Source: Alphaproteobacteria bacterium (GTDB lineage Bacteria; Pseudomonadota; Alphaproteobacteria; CALKHQ01). Taken from it: a DNA stretch of 64,000 nucleotides. The translations under genes and the position numbers were made by a program. The DNA lies in the NCBI GenBank assembly GCA_965227515.1, contig CBDDFZ010000002.1:1312001-1376000 (forward strand), in the 5' to 3' direction. Position 1 is the stretch's first letter, and each line of letters opens with the position of its first letter. Under the pieces are notes generated by a model. The model was not told where the DNA came from and did not search any database. It was given only the letters and a program-made list of their open reading frames with translations. Below, in pieces: positions 1 through 10,242 of this stretch.

Positions 1-261
1 CTTGACGGCGACACATTGCAGATCGACGTCACAGACGACGGCCCGGGCATTCCCGACGACTACGCAACCAAGGTGTTTGATCTGTTCCAGACCCTGGAAA
101 GAAGAGACAAGGTCGAAGGCAGCGGCATGGGGCTGTCCATCGTCAGGAAGACCTTGGAACTCTATGGCGGCGCGGTCTTCGTCGTGCCGGGCCGCGAAAG
201 CGGCACGACCATTCGCATGATCTGGCCAGGCGCGATGAAGGCCACGACCATGGCGGCATAG
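1..261 (+). CDS. Sensor histidine kinase, C-terminal HATPase_c domain (5' partial)
   Basis: Frame open from base 1; G1 box DDGPGI, F box VFDLFQTL, G2 box GSGMGLSIV; followed by a receiver gene. Confidence 0.9.
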   Translation, partial: LDGDTLQIDVTDDGPGIPDDYATKVFDLFQTLERRDKVEGSGMGLSIVRKTLELYGGAVFVVPGRESGTTIRMIWPGAMKATTMAA

Positions 262-322
262 GTATGGGCGCAAGCCACCGCGCTGCAAGGTACGCAACAC
301 TCTGATTTCCGAAAGCGGGGAC

Positions 323-781
323 ATGAGGGACATCGATAGTCAACTCACCATCGTCATCGTTGACGACGACGATGTTTCCGTTCGGGCGATCAAGCGCGCA
401 CTGCGCAAGCATGGCGTCACCAACCCGATCGCGGTTGCCCGCGACGGCGTGGATGCCCTGGAATTGCTGCGCGGCGAGAGGGAAGATTCCCTGGAGTGGC
501 CGTATCTCGTGCTGTTGGACATCAACATGCCGCGCATGAACGGCATCGAGTTCCTGGAAGCGACGCGCAAGGACCCGGAACTGACCGACACCGTCGTGTT
601 CGTCCTGACGACATCGGACGACGACCGGGACATGATGGCGGCCTACAAGCACCACATCGCGGGGTACCTGCTGAAGAGCCGGGCGGGGAACGACTTCGTC
701 AACCTGGTGGCGATGCTGGAGAACTTCTCGATCACCGTGACGTTCCACCAGAAGGACAAGACGCCGGTCGGCGTTGCCTGA
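323..781 (+). CDS. Single-domain response regulator (Rcp1-like receiver)
   Basis: IVDDDD acidic pocket, LLDINMPRMNG phosphoacceptor, LTTS and YLLK motifs. Confidence 0.92.
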   Translation: MRDIDSQLTIVIVDDDDVSVRAIKRALRKHGVTNPIAVARDGVDALELLRGEREDSLEWPYLVLLDINMPRMNGIEFLEATRKDPELTDTVVFVLTTSDDDRDMMAAYKHHIAGYLLKSRAGNDFVNLVAMLENFSITVTFHQKDKTPVGVA

Positions 782-887
782 CCGGCTGGGCAAGAAACGC
801 GACCGCACGCCCAGGGGAGTGGGCGTGCGGCGCTGCAGTGCACGACCGGCCTGCATGGCTGGCGTGCACCGCGGGTGCTGACCGAGC

Positions 888-1862
888 TTACTCGTACGAA
901 GCCCAGTCCAGATCGGACTCGATCAGGGTGTAGCCCGGCGTATCGGTGTCGAATTCGGCCATCGCCTCCAGTGCTTCCTCCGACGTGTCGATCAGCACCA
1001 GGGCCTCGTGCTCATCGGAGTACTGGAACGCGTTCAGCCGCACCGCCCGTTCGCTGTCGCCGATGCCCAGGATCGCGTCATCGAGCGAGATGATCAGGAA
1101 GAGCTGATTCTGGTCGTTGCGGGCAATGTCCTCGACCGTGCCGATATCGTCTCCGTCACGGTTCAGGATGTCGAGGCCGACGATCTCGTCGACGCCCCAC
1201 TCATTGACCGCCTCGCGCGCCGGCATCGTTGTGCCGACCGCATAGGCCTCTTCGATTTCCGCGATCTCGTCGTCGGCCATGGCATCCGCCATCGGCGCGC
1301 TGTAGGCGGCGACAAGGTCGTAGCCGGCGGCGGCGATATCCGGCACCTGCTCGGCACCGCTCATCACCGTGTAGAGACGGGCCATGCCGCCATAGGGGCC
1401 CGCGGCCGGCGCGCCGGAACTGACGCCATAGCGGTCCCAGACCACCAGGGCGTCGGCCTCGGCGTTGTAGTCGAACTGCGGCAGCGGGACCGCGTGATCG
1501 CCGGGCATCAGGCCCGCCGCGTCCTCGGTCGCCGTGACGATCAGGTAGACGCCGCCGGTCTGGCTGTGCGCGACCATGCGCACGGCACCGACAAGGTTGC
1601 CGGACTGGTCGTAGACGTCCATGCCCTCGACCTCGGCGGCCGACATGCCGGCCAGGTGCAAGGCGGCGTCGCCTATTTCGTCGGGGTCGAAATAGGCAGG
1701 ATCGGCGGCGCCAACCTCGACCAGCTGTTCGGCCTTGTCGTCGTTGACGGCCTGCGCCGCTTCCGGGTCGGTGTTGGTCATGTCCTCGGCGGCAGCGGTG
1801 CCGATGCTCAGGACGAGCGCGCTGGCGGTACCGAGCAGCATGCGATGAAGACTGTTAGCCAT
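888..1862 (-). CDS. Exported PRC-barrel domain protein (two PRC-like repeats)
   Basis: Signal peptide after ATG 1862 with GGAGG RBS; GMDVYDQSGNLVGAV and GLDILNRDGDDIGTVEDI PRC-barrel patterns. Confidence 0.8.
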   Translation of the reverse strand: MANSLHRMLLGTASALVLSIGTAAAEDMTNTDPEAAQAVNDDKAEQLVEVGAADPAYFDPDEIGDAALHLAGMSAAEVEGMDVYDQSGNLVGAVRMVAHSQTGGVYLIVTATEDAAGLMPGDHAVPLPQFDYNAEADALVVWDRYGVSSGAPAAGPYGGMARLYTVMSGAEQVPDIAAAGYDLVAAYSAPMADAMADDEIAEIEEAYAVGTTMPAREAVNEWGVDEIVGLDILNRDGDDIGTVEDIARNDQNQLFLIISLDDAILGIGDSERAVRLNAFQYSDEHEALVLIDTSEEALEAMAEFDTDTPGYTLIESDLDWASYE

Positions 1863-2022
1863 CGTTATCCTCCATGGATTGCAGTGGCCGCAGGTCTCTG
1901 CGGTGGGCAGGGTCACCGGTTCGGTGTGCCCTGCTTCTGCTCATTCAATGGATGACGGATGGTTTGGTTCCGGCTCATCTCGCGACCATTGTCGCAAGGG
2001 CCGAAGGGCAGGGTCCCGGCGA

Positions 2023-2724
2023 TCAGACCGTTAGGTAGCCACGCACCTCGGTCTCGCGCGCGAGCAGGGTCTCGCGGTCGCCGGCGAGCACCACCTGCCC
2101 GCGGTCGAGCACGATGAAGCTGTCGGCCAGATCGCGGGCGAACTCGAAGTACTGTTCCACCAGCACCATCGCCATGTCGCCGCGCGACGCCAGCGCGCGA
2201 ATGGTCTCCTCGATTTGCTTGATGATCGAGGGCTGGATGCCTTCGGTCGGTTCGTCGAGGATCAGTAGGCTCGGACGGGTCACCAGCGCCCGGCCGATGG
2301 CAAGCTGCTGTTGCTGGCCGCCCGACAAGTCGCCGCCGCGCCGGCCCAACATGTCTTTCAGCACCGGGAACAGGGTGAACACTTCGTCGGGGATCGACCG
2401 CTTGCCGCGCGGCAGGGCGGCGAACCCGCTCCGCAGGTTCTCCTCTACCGTCAGCATGCCGAAGATCTCGCGGCCCTGCGGCACGTAGCCGATGCCGCCA
2501 GACGCCCGGCGATGGGCCGGCGCGCGCGTGATGTCCTGCCCCTCCCAGGTGATGGACCCGTCGGACACCGGGGTCAGCCCCATGATCGCCCGCGACAGGC
2601 TGGACTTGCCGACGCCATTGCGGCCCAGGACGCAGGTGACCCGGCCCTTTTCGCTCGTCATGTCGACGCCGCGCAACGCGTGGCTGGCGCCGTAGTGCAG
2701 GTGGACGCCGGCAACGTTCAGCAT
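2023..2724 (-). CDS. urtE: Urea ABC transporter ATP-binding subunit UrtE
   Basis: GRNGVGKS Walker A, LSGGQQQQLAIGRAL, LDEPTEGIQPSII; last gene of urt operon. Confidence 0.93.
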   Translation of the reverse strand: MLNVAGVHLHYGASHALRGVDMTSEKGRVTCVLGRNGVGKSSLSRAIMGLTPVSDGSITWEGQDITRAPAHRRASGGIGYVPQGREIFGMLTVEENLRSGFAALPRGKRSIPDEVFTLFPVLKDMLGRRGGDLSGGQQQQLAIGRALVTRPSLLILDEPTEGIQPSIIKQIEETIRALASRGDMAMVLVEQYFEFARDLADSFIVLDRGQVVLAGDRETLLARETEVRGYLTV

Positions 2725-2737
2725 CGAAAGAATCCGC

Positions 2738-3529
2738 TCATCGGCCCAAATACACCTCGATGACGCGCTGGTCGGCCTGCACGTGGTCCAGCGAGCCCTC
2801 GGCCAGCACCGAGCCTTCATGCAGCACCGTCACGCGCACACCGAGCGCGCGCACGAACTCCATGTCGTGCTCCACCACCACCACGGTGTGGGCACCGGCG
2901 ATGCGGCGCAAGAGGTCGGCGGTCTGCTCGGTCTCGGCGTCGGTCATGCCGGCCACCGGCTCGTCCAGGAACAGAAGCTCCGGGTCCTGGATCAGCAGCA
3001 TGCCGATCTCCAGCCACTGCTTCTGCCCGTGCGACAGGGTTTCGGCCGGCACGCCGGTCTGGTCGGCGAGCCCGATGGTCTCCAGGATCTCGTCGATGCG
3101 GCGCTGCTGCTGGTTCGACATGGAGGCGAACAGGGTCGCGAAGACGCCGCGATTGTTGGCCAGCGCCAGTTCCAGGTTCTCGAAAACCGTATGGCGCGGG
3201 AACACGGTCGGCCGCTGGAACTTGCGGCCAATGCCCATGTTGGCGATGGCGGCCTCGTCATAGCGGGTGAGGTCGGTGCCGCCCTTGTAGACGACCCGCC
3301 CGGTGTCCGGCTTGGTCTTGCCGGTGATGATGTCCATCATCGTGGTCTTGCCGGCACCGTTGGGGCCGATCACGGCGCGCATCTCGCCCTTGTCCAGCAC
3401 CAGGCTCAAGCCGTTCAGCGCCTTGAAGCCGTCGAAGCTGACGGTGATGTCGTCGACGTGCAGAAGGGTTGCATGGCCCGCCTTGGGTGCGGCAGGCGTT
3501 GGCGCTACAGTGGCCTCGGCTTCGCTCAT
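2738..3529 (-). CDS. urtD: Urea ABC transporter ATP-binding subunit UrtD
   Basis: VSFDGFKAL, GPNGAGKTTMMDIITGKT, LSHGQKQWLEIGM, VIEVYLGR C-terminus. Confidence 0.93.
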   Translation of the reverse strand: MSEAEATVAPTPAAPKAGHATLLHVDDITVSFDGFKALNGLSLVLDKGEMRAVIGPNGAGKTTMMDIITGKTKPDTGRVVYKGGTDLTRYDEAAIANMGIGRKFQRPTVFPRHTVFENLELALANNRGVFATLFASMSNQQQRRIDEILETIGLADQTGVPAETLSHGQKQWLEIGMLLIQDPELLFLDEPVAGMTDAETEQTADLLRRIAGAHTVVVVEHDMEFVRALGVRVTVLHEGSVLAEGSLDHVQADQRVIEVYLGR

Positions 3530-4698
3530 TCCGCCGGCTCCGTGGCCGCCGCGCCATCCGGTTTCCCGGCCTTGCGACGCTGGTGGAACGAGGACCACCA
3601 GGAGGTGATGGAGCCCAGGATGCCCTTCGGGAAGAACAGGGTGACCGAGATGAACAGGCCGCCCAGGATGAACAGCCAGTACTCGGCGATGTCGCCGGTG
3701 GTGAAGAACGACTTGGCATAGTTCACCAGCACCGCGCCAAGGGCCGCGCCGACCAGGGTGCCGCGGCCGCCGACCGCGACCCAGACCACGATCTCGATCG
3801 AGTTAGCCGGCGAGAACTCGCCCGGGTTGATGATGCCGACCTGCGGCACATAGAGCGCGCCTGCGATGCCCGCCAGCACGGCCGACAGCACGAACACGAA
3901 CAGCTTGTAGTGCTCCACCCGGTAGCCGAGGAAGCGGGTGCGGCTCTCCGCGTCGCGGATCGCGGTGGTGACCCGGCCGAGCTTGGACGCCACCACCAGC
4001 CGGCAGATCACGTAGCCCACGCCGAGCGCCACCGCGCTGATGATGAACAATACGGATCGGGTCTCCGGCGACTGGATGCCGTAGCCCAGGATGTCCTTGA
4101 AGTCGGTCAGGCCGTTGTTGCCGCCGAAGCCGGTGTCGTTGCGGAAGAACAGCCACATCAGGGCGAAGGTCATCGCCTGGGTGATGATCGAGAAATAGAC
4201 GCCGGTGACGCGGGAGCGAAAGGCGAACCAGCCGAACACCAGCGCCAGCAGGCCGGGGATCAGCAGCACCATGATGGTTGCGAAGCCGAAGCTGTCGAAG
4301 CCGTGCCAGTACCAGGGCAGGGCGTCCCAATCCAGGAACACCATGAAGTCGGGCAATTCCGCGTTGCCATAGACGCCGCGCTCGCCGATCTGGCGCATCA
4401 GGTACATGCCCATGGCGTAGCCGCCGAGGGCGAAGAACGCGCCGTGGCCGAGGCTGAGAATGCCGCAGAAGCCCCAGATCAGGTCCACCGCCAGCGCCAG
4501 CAGCGCATAGCACAGGTACTTGCCGAGCAGTTGCACGGTGCCGCCGCCGATGTGCATCGGTGAGTCCGGCGGCACGCTGAGGTTCAGCGTCGGCACCACG
4601 ATGGCGGCAATGAACAGGATCGCCAGCAGCGCCTGGCCGGAGCGGTCGAGCCGGCTCCACAGCGGGATGTAGTTACGCGTGGTCGATGCCATGCGCAT
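3526..4698 (-). CDS. urtC: Urea ABC transporter permease UrtC
   Basis: GKYLCYALLALAVDLIWG..GILSLGHG, FRNDTGFGGNNGLTDF, VPQVGIINP. Confidence 0.93.
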   Translation of the reverse strand: MRMASTTRNYIPLWSRLDRSGQALLAILFIAAIVVPTLNLSVPPDSPMHIGGGTVQLLGKYLCYALLALAVDLIWGFCGILSLGHGAFFALGGYAMGMYLMRQIGERGVYGNAELPDFMVFLDWDALPWYWHGFDSFGFATIMVLLIPGLLALVFGWFAFRSRVTGVYFSIITQAMTFALMWLFFRNDTGFGGNNGLTDFKDILGYGIQSPETRSVLFIISAVALGVGYVICRLVVASKLGRVTTAIRDAESRTRFLGYRVEHYKLFVFVLSAVLAGIAGALYVPQVGIINPGEFSPANSIEIVVWVAVGGRGTLVGAALGAVLVNYAKSFFTTGDIAEYWLFILGGLFISVTLFFPKGILGSITSWWSSFHQRRKAGKPDGAAATEPAE

Positions 4699-4750
4699 GG
4701 GTCAGCGTGTCCTCTCGCTCGTGAGGTGGAATGTGCTCATGGCCGCGCCG

Positions 4751-6400
4751 TTACGCTTCCGCCGCCCGGCCCTTGAGCGCGAACAGGCCGCGCGGGCGCT
4801 TCTGGATGAACAGGATCACGGCGACCAGGATCAGGATCTTGCCCAGCACCGCGCCGGCATAGGGCTCCAGGAACTTGTTGGCGATGCCCAGCGACATGGC
4901 GCCGGCGAACGTGCCCCACAGGTTGCCCACGCCGCCGAACACCACGACCAGGAAGCTGTCGATGATGTAGGACTGGCCCAGGTTGGGGCTGACATTGTCG
5001 ACCTGGCTGAGCGCGACGCCGGCCAGGCCCGCGATGCCGGAGCCGAGGCCGAAGGTGAGCGCGTCGACCCGGCCGGTGCGGATGCCCATGGCCTGCGCCA
5101 TCGGCCGGTTCGCCGTCACCGCACGCATGTTCAGCCCGAACGAGGACCGGCGCATCAGCACGATCAGGCCGACGAACACGATCAGGCAGAAGCCGAAGAT
5201 GTAGAGCCGGTTGTAGGTGATGGTGAGGCCCGCGGTCTCGATCGCACCCTGCATGAACTGCGGCGTGCCGACCTCGCGATTGGTCGGGCCAAAGATGGAC
5301 CGCACCGCCTGTTGCAGGATCAGGCTCAAGCCCCAGGTCGCGAGCAGGGTTTCCAGCGGGCGCCCGTAGAGCCAGCGGATGATGCCGCGCTCGATGCCGA
5401 CGCCGACCGCGCCGGCAACCAGGAACGCGCACGGAATGGCCACCGCCAGCGACCAGTCGAACCACTCGGGTGCGACGCCGCGAAACACCTCCTGAACGAT
5501 GAAGGTGGTATAGGCGCCGAGCATGATCATCTCGCCATGGGCCATGTTGATCACGCCCATGACGCCGAAGGTGATGGCAAGGCCGATGGCGGCCAGAAGC
5601 AGGATGGAGCCGAGCGACAACCCCTCGACCAGGCTGCCGACCAGCCCCCACATTTCCAGCGAGGATTCGATGTCCGACAGCGCGTCCGCGGCGGCGGTGC
5701 GCACACTCTCTTCGGGCTCGCGGAAGCTGCCGTCGTCGTTCTGGCGCAACAGGCCGGTCAGCAGCGAGCGCACCTCCTGGTCGGGAAAGGCGGACAGCGC
5801 GGCGACCGCTTCCAGGCGGTCGGCGGGCTCGTCGGACACCAGCATGATCGCCGCGCGCGCCCGGCTCAGCGCGTCGTGGACGGTCGGGTCCTCTTCCTGC
5901 GCCAGGGCGGCCTCGACCGCATCCAGCGCATCCGGGTCCTGGGCGCCGAACACGTCGTTGGCGGCCGCCAGCCTGAGCGCCGGATCGGGCCCCATCAGCG
6001 ACATCGCGCCGAGCGCCTCGCGGATCGCGCGCCTCAGCCCGTTGTTGGTCTTGACCGGCTCCAGATCGTCCTCGGGCACCGTGCCCAGTTCCTCCAGCGT
6101 CAGCGGATCGCGGATCAGGATCTGGTCGTCGCCGGCATCCTCGCCGATCACCACCGGGCCGTCCTCGCCCTGGGTGTAGAGATTGCGGTCGCCCATGGCT
6201 TCCAGCACCGGGATCACCCGGGGGTCGCCGGTGGCGGCGAGCGTGGCGACGGCGTCGCCCTTGTCGGAATAGCTGCCCTGAGCCAGCGCCGGCAGCAGCT
6301 CACGAAACGCGCTGTCGTCTTCCTGCGCCAAGGCGGGCATCAAGGGGAGGATGAGGGCCAGCAAGGCCAGGGTCGTGGCGGCGGCCAGGTGCCGGGCCAT
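4751..6400 (-). CDS. urtB: Urea ABC transporter permease UrtB with N-terminal periplasmic extension
   Basis: GLAITFGVMGVINMAHGE, RPLETLLATWG, FIQKRPRGLF; start uncertain (ORF open to 6493). Confidence 0.92.
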   Translation of the reverse strand: MARHLAAATTLALLALILPLMPALAQEDDSAFRELLPALAQGSYSDKGDAVATLAATGDPRVIPVLEAMGDRNLYTQGEDGPVVIGEDAGDDQILIRDPLTLEELGTVPEDDLEPVKTNNGLRRAIREALGAMSLMGPDPALRLAAANDVFGAQDPDALDAVEAALAQEEDPTVHDALSRARAAIMLVSDEPADRLEAVAALSAFPDQEVRSLLTGLLRQNDDGSFREPEESVRTAAADALSDIESSLEMWGLVGSLVEGLSLGSILLLAAIGLAITFGVMGVINMAHGEMIMLGAYTTFIVQEVFRGVAPEWFDWSLAVAIPCAFLVAGAVGVGIERGIIRWLYGRPLETLLATWGLSLILQQAVRSIFGPTNREVGTPQFMQGAIETAGLTITYNRLYIFGFCLIVFVGLIVLMRRSSFGLNMRAVTANRPMAQAMGIRTGRVDALTFGLGSGIAGLAGVALSQVDNVSPNLGQSYIIDSFLVVVFGGVGNLWGTFAGAMSLGIANKFLEPYAGAVLGKILILVAVILFIQKRPRGLFALKGRAAEA

Positions 6401-6608
6401 TCCCGCGATGGCGGGCGGGCAGGGCGCCCGTAGGTGCGAACCGGCGGCGATCGTCGCGCTCACGTTAGTTGTATCCACTAGAGAACGGTGCATCTGGGTG
6501 GGTTGGTCGGCGAGGCACCGCTAACTGCGATGCCCCGCCGTGCAGTCGTGTGGCGGGCCGTGCGGTACCTGCCCGCCGCTGCGTCGGCGTGCTGCCGAGA
6601 AGCGTCGG

Positions 6609-7892
6609 CTAGAACCGAGGCTCTTCGCAGCCGCCGCAGACCCACGGATAGGTCCAATCGGCCGTCAGCACAGCACTCTCCGGGATGAAGTCGGACCACG
6701 CGTCGCCCACCACGACGTCATCGGTCTCCCACACCACGTCGAACTGGCCATCGTCCAGGATTTCGCCGATCAGGACCGGCTTGGACAGGTGGTGGTTGAC
6801 GTTCATCACCGCCACGCCGCCGGTCAGGTTCGGCACGGTCTGGCCGTACATCGCCTGGCGCACGGCATCGACGTCGGTGGTGCCGGCCTGCTCGACCGCC
6901 TGCACCCACATCTTGAAGCCGATGTAGTGGGCTTCCATCGGGTCGTTGGTCACGCGTTCCTCGCTGCCGATGAACTCGTGCCAGGCGCCGATGAAGGCGT
7001 CGTTCTCATCGGACTCGACCGACATGAAGTAGTTCCACGCGGCCAGGTGACCGACCAGCGGCTCGGTGTCGAGGCCGGCCAGCTCTTCCTCGCCGACCGA
7101 GAACGCCACCACCGGGATGTCGGCGGCATCGATGCCCTGGTTGGCCAGCTCCTTGTAGAACGGCACGTTGGCGTCACCGTTGATGGTGGAGACCACCGCG
7201 GTTGCCTTGCCCTGGCTGGCGAAGTCCTGCACCGCCGAGACGATGGTCTGCCAGTCGGAATGGCCGAACGGGGTGTACTCTTCCATGATGTCGTCGTCGG
7301 ACACGCCGTTGGCGTTCAGGAAGGCGCGCAGGATCTTGTTGGTGGTGCGCGGGTACACGTAGTCGGTGCCCAGCAGCACCCAACGCTCGGCGCCACCGCC
7401 GTCCTCGCTCATCAGGTACTCGACCGCCGGGATCGCCTGCTGGTTCGGCGCGGCGCCGGTGTAGAACACGTTGCGCGAGCTTTCCTCGCCCTCGTACTGC
7501 ACCGGGTAGAAGAGCAGGCCATTCAGCTCCTCGAACACCGGCAGCACGGACTTGCGCGAGACCGAGGTCCAGCAGCCGAACACCACCGACACCTCTTCCT
7601 GCTCGATCAGCTCGCGTGCCTTCTCGGCGAACAGCGGCCAGTCGGACGCAGGGTCGACGACCACCGCTTCCAGCGGACGGCCGAGCAGCCCGCCGGCGGC
7701 ATTCTGCTCCTCGATCAGCATCAGCATGACGTCTTTCAGGGTCGTCTCACTGATGGCCATGGTGCCGGACAGCGAGTGCAGGATGCCGACCTTGATCGGC
7801 TCGACTTCCTGCGCGCCAGCGACGCCGCTGAATGCCAGCGCCGATGCCGACGCCAGCGTCGCGAGCCATGATGCCTTCGCGGTTTTCCCCAT
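6609..7892 (-). CDS. urtA: Urea ABC transporter substrate-binding protein UrtA
   Basis: IKVGILHSLSGTMAISE, FGCWTSVSRKSVLP, YPVQYEG, GTDYVYPRTTN; signal peptide, GGAGGGG RBS. Confidence 0.95.
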   Translation of the reverse strand: MGKTAKASWLATLASASALAFSGVAGAQEVEPIKVGILHSLSGTMAISETTLKDVMLMLIEEQNAAGGLLGRPLEAVVVDPASDWPLFAEKARELIEQEEVSVVFGCWTSVSRKSVLPVFEELNGLLFYPVQYEGEESSRNVFYTGAAPNQQAIPAVEYLMSEDGGGAERWVLLGTDYVYPRTTNKILRAFLNANGVSDDDIMEEYTPFGHSDWQTIVSAVQDFASQGKATAVVSTINGDANVPFYKELANQGIDAADIPVVAFSVGEEELAGLDTEPLVGHLAAWNYFMSVESDENDAFIGAWHEFIGSEERVTNDPMEAHYIGFKMWVQAVEQAGTTDVDAVRQAMYGQTVPNLTGGVAVMNVNHHLSKPVLIGEILDDGQFDVVWETDDVVVGDAWSDFIPESAVLTADWTYPWVCGGCEEPRF

Positions 7893-7960
7893 ATTTCCCC
7901 TCCATTGCCTGGATTTGCGTGGATTGACCGCGTTGGGCACGCGGCTCCGGAGGGGGTATG

Positions 7961-7976
7961 AGCAAGGGGCATGCCA
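7961..7976 (-). promoter_or_regulatory. Sigma54 -24/-12 promoter for urtA
   Basis: Minus strand TGGCATGCCCCTTGCT = TGGCA..TTGC with GG-N10-GC spacing, about 70 bp upstream of urtA. Confidence 0.75.
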
Positions 7977-8042
7977 TGGGTGGCGGGCTGGCGCCAACCG
8001 CGCGCGAGCCTGCCATTCTGACAAGCACTGCGCGTGTGGCGT

Positions 8043-8059
8043 CGCTTAAATTCTGTGCG
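8043..8059. promoter_or_regulatory. Putative NtrC-type enhancer site
   Basis: cGCttaaattctgtGCg: GC-N11-GC with AT-rich core, about 70 bp upstream of the sigma54 site. Confidence 0.45.
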
Positions 8060-8115
8060 CTGCCTGCGAATTAATCAGCCGTGCCGCGAACGCGGTCACA
8101 GGTGGCGAACGGCCA

Positions 8116-9111
8116 TCACTTGCCGGCGGCGGCGAAGCGGGCCTCCATCTTCGCCTGATCCTCGTCCGACCCGTTGTGGTAGGTGCCGAACACCTTGTCG
8201 AGCAGCGGCATGCCGTCGCCGGAGTAGTTGCACTCGAAATATTTGTGGTGGAGGTAGTGGAAGTAGTTGTTCACCGGCACCTCGCGGCCGCCGCGCACGA
8301 CGATGCGGTCGAAGCCGAGGTGGCCGACGGCCGGCGTCAGGGCGGCCTGGTGCAGCGTGAACATGGCGTGGATCGGGTGCGACGGCACCACCCAATGCAG
8401 CAGGACGCAGGAGAAGTAGAGGATCGACTCCACCGGGTGCTGCGACAGCCCGGCCCAGGGGCCGACGATCACGTTGCGGTGGTGCAGTTCGTGGAAGCGG
8501 TCGTAGAGCGGCTTCCAGTGCAGGATGCGGTGGATGACATAGAAGTGCATCTCGCGATAGGCCGGGATCAGCATCAGGAACAGAACGAACCAGACCGGGC
8601 TGGTCTCCCAGTCGATGTAGGGCAGCCAGTCGTTGGCATAGGCCCACAACGTCAGCACCTCGTAGACGGTCCACACCGTGACCGCGCCGGCCAGCGACCA
8701 GAAGATATTGTCGTAGGTCTGGTTGCGGAACGTGAAGGTGTCGTTGTTCCTCGCCAGCGGCTTGGTTGAGTATTTGAAGTCGATGCCCTGGCGCTTGAAG
8801 ATGAACAGCCAGGCATGCAGGCCGCCGAACAGGACGACGGTGAACGCCATGTTGCGGCCCCAGACGATGGCGATCCACCACAGCTCCAGCGACTTCATCT
8901 CGGCCAGTGCCGGGGTCAGCCAGAACCAGCTGATCGCGGCGACGCTGAGGTAGACCGCGTTCCAGGGCCACAGATAGCCGGGGAAGCCGAACGTCCATTT
9001 CAAGGCGGGCCAGAGCTTCGGGGGCCAGGCGAAGATCACCGGCAGGTCGACCAGATAGGGCGGCCGCCAGTCGCCACGCCTGTCGCGCTTGCCCAATGCG
9101 GAATCGCTCAT
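8116..9111 (-). CDS. Sterol desaturase / fatty acid hydroxylase family protein
   Basis: Di-iron His boxes HRILH, HELHH, HPVE, HYLHH; several TM segments. Confidence 0.9.
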   Translation of the reverse strand: MSDSALGKRDRRGDWRPPYLVDLPVIFAWPPKLWPALKWTFGFPGYLWPWNAVYLSVAAISWFWLTPALAEMKSLELWWIAIVWGRNMAFTVVLFGGLHAWLFIFKRQGIDFKYSTKPLARNNDTFTFRNQTYDNIFWSLAGAVTVWTVYEVLTLWAYANDWLPYIDWETSPVWFVLFLMLIPAYREMHFYVIHRILHWKPLYDRFHELHHRNVIVGPWAGLSQHPVESILYFSCVLLHWVVPSHPIHAMFTLHQAALTPAVGHLGFDRIVVRGGREVPVNNYFHYLHHKYFECNYSGDGMPLLDKVFGTYHNGSDEDQAKMEARFAAAGK

Positions 9112-9240
9112 CGCGCCCTCCCCAAACGCATCTTTTGCGGTCCAGGGTGCTGTTTTTCGGCGGATCGGGCAAGAACTGTCGCGCGAGAAGCGGACGAGCA
9201 GGGAGGGCTATCGGCGCATCAACATGCGGAAATGCGCCGG

Positions 9241-10101
9241 TCAGGCGTCCGTCATGGCCTCGAACAAGGCCCGATGACGGGGCGTATCAGGCACCGCCAG
9301 ATGGTTATGGACCGGCGGCCCAGGCACGGGCTGGAAATCGATCATGTCGAAGATCGCATAATTCTTGTTGCGCAGGGTGTCCAATACCTCGGGCCGGCCG
9401 GGGGTCACCTCCAGCATCAGCAGAGGGGCCCGCTCATCGAGCAGCGTCTCGGCGCCGCAGATCACGTCGAACTCCGCGCCTTCGACGTCAATCTTGATCA
9501 GGTCCGGCGTCTGGCGGGTCTCGGCCTCGCGGTCCAGCGTCGTCACGTCGACGGTCAGGTGCGGGCTGGCCTCGCCGAAATGGCGCTCGACAAAGACCTG
9601 GCCGTCCTCGCCGGCGACCAGCGAGCCGGTCGCGCCGGTAATGTTGTCCAGGTGGAACTTGCTGGTACCAGGCCGGCTGGCCACCGCCTTGCGGACAAGG
9701 GCGGCGCGGTCGAGCTTGTGCCGCGAGGTGGTGCGGTCGATCAGATCGGCGTTGACCGGGTCAGGCTCGAACATGACGACGTCGCCGTCTGCCCGCAACG
9801 ACTTGAAGATAAAGGCATAGAGTCCGACATTGGCGCCCACGTCCCAGAACGTCGCGATATCGAAGGCGCGCACGATGCGCTCGAAGTTGGTTCGCTCCGC
9901 CACCTCGATCGCCTTGCCGCGGGACAGCACCCAGGACAGGTTGCGCATCAGGTCCACATAGACCGGGTGGGCGATATCAGGGAAATTGACCGGAATGGCG
10001 GTGCGGACGTGCTTGGAAACGTAGCGGAACAGGTGCGTCTTTCGCAGACGATGCAGCGGGTGCAGCTTCTCCCGAATGGCGTGCATTGAGATGGCGCCCA
10101 T
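9241..10101 (-). CDS. FkbM family SAM-dependent methyltransferase
   Basis: DVGANVGLY, FEPDP, TTLD, IKIDVEGAE motifs. Confidence 0.9.
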   Translation of the reverse strand: MGAISMHAIREKLHPLHRLRKTHLFRYVSKHVRTAIPVNFPDIAHPVYVDLMRNLSWVLSRGKAIEVAERTNFERIVRAFDIATFWDVGANVGLYAFIFKSLRADGDVVMFEPDPVNADLIDRTTSRHKLDRAALVRKAVASRPGTSKFHLDNITGATGSLVAGEDGQVFVERHFGEASPHLTVDVTTLDREAETRQTPDLIKIDVEGAEFDVICGAETLLDERAPLLMLEVTPGRPEVLDTLRNKNYAIFDMIDFQPVPGPPVHNHLAVPDTPRHRALFEAMTDA

Positions 10102-10242
10102 CTGACCCTTTCCGCCTTGCCGCGCGCCGCATCGGCTCGCTCAGAGTTGTCGCGTGCGCGCATACATAAGCATTCGGATCGCCGCACGCACGCCTAAACG
10201 CACGGCGCAAGACGCTGAGCGGACCGAGCAAATTCGAGGAGT

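Noticed and set aside
4751-6400. Long N-terminal extension of UrtB as a novel fusion
   Set aside because: This extension is a common feature of proteobacterial UrtB.
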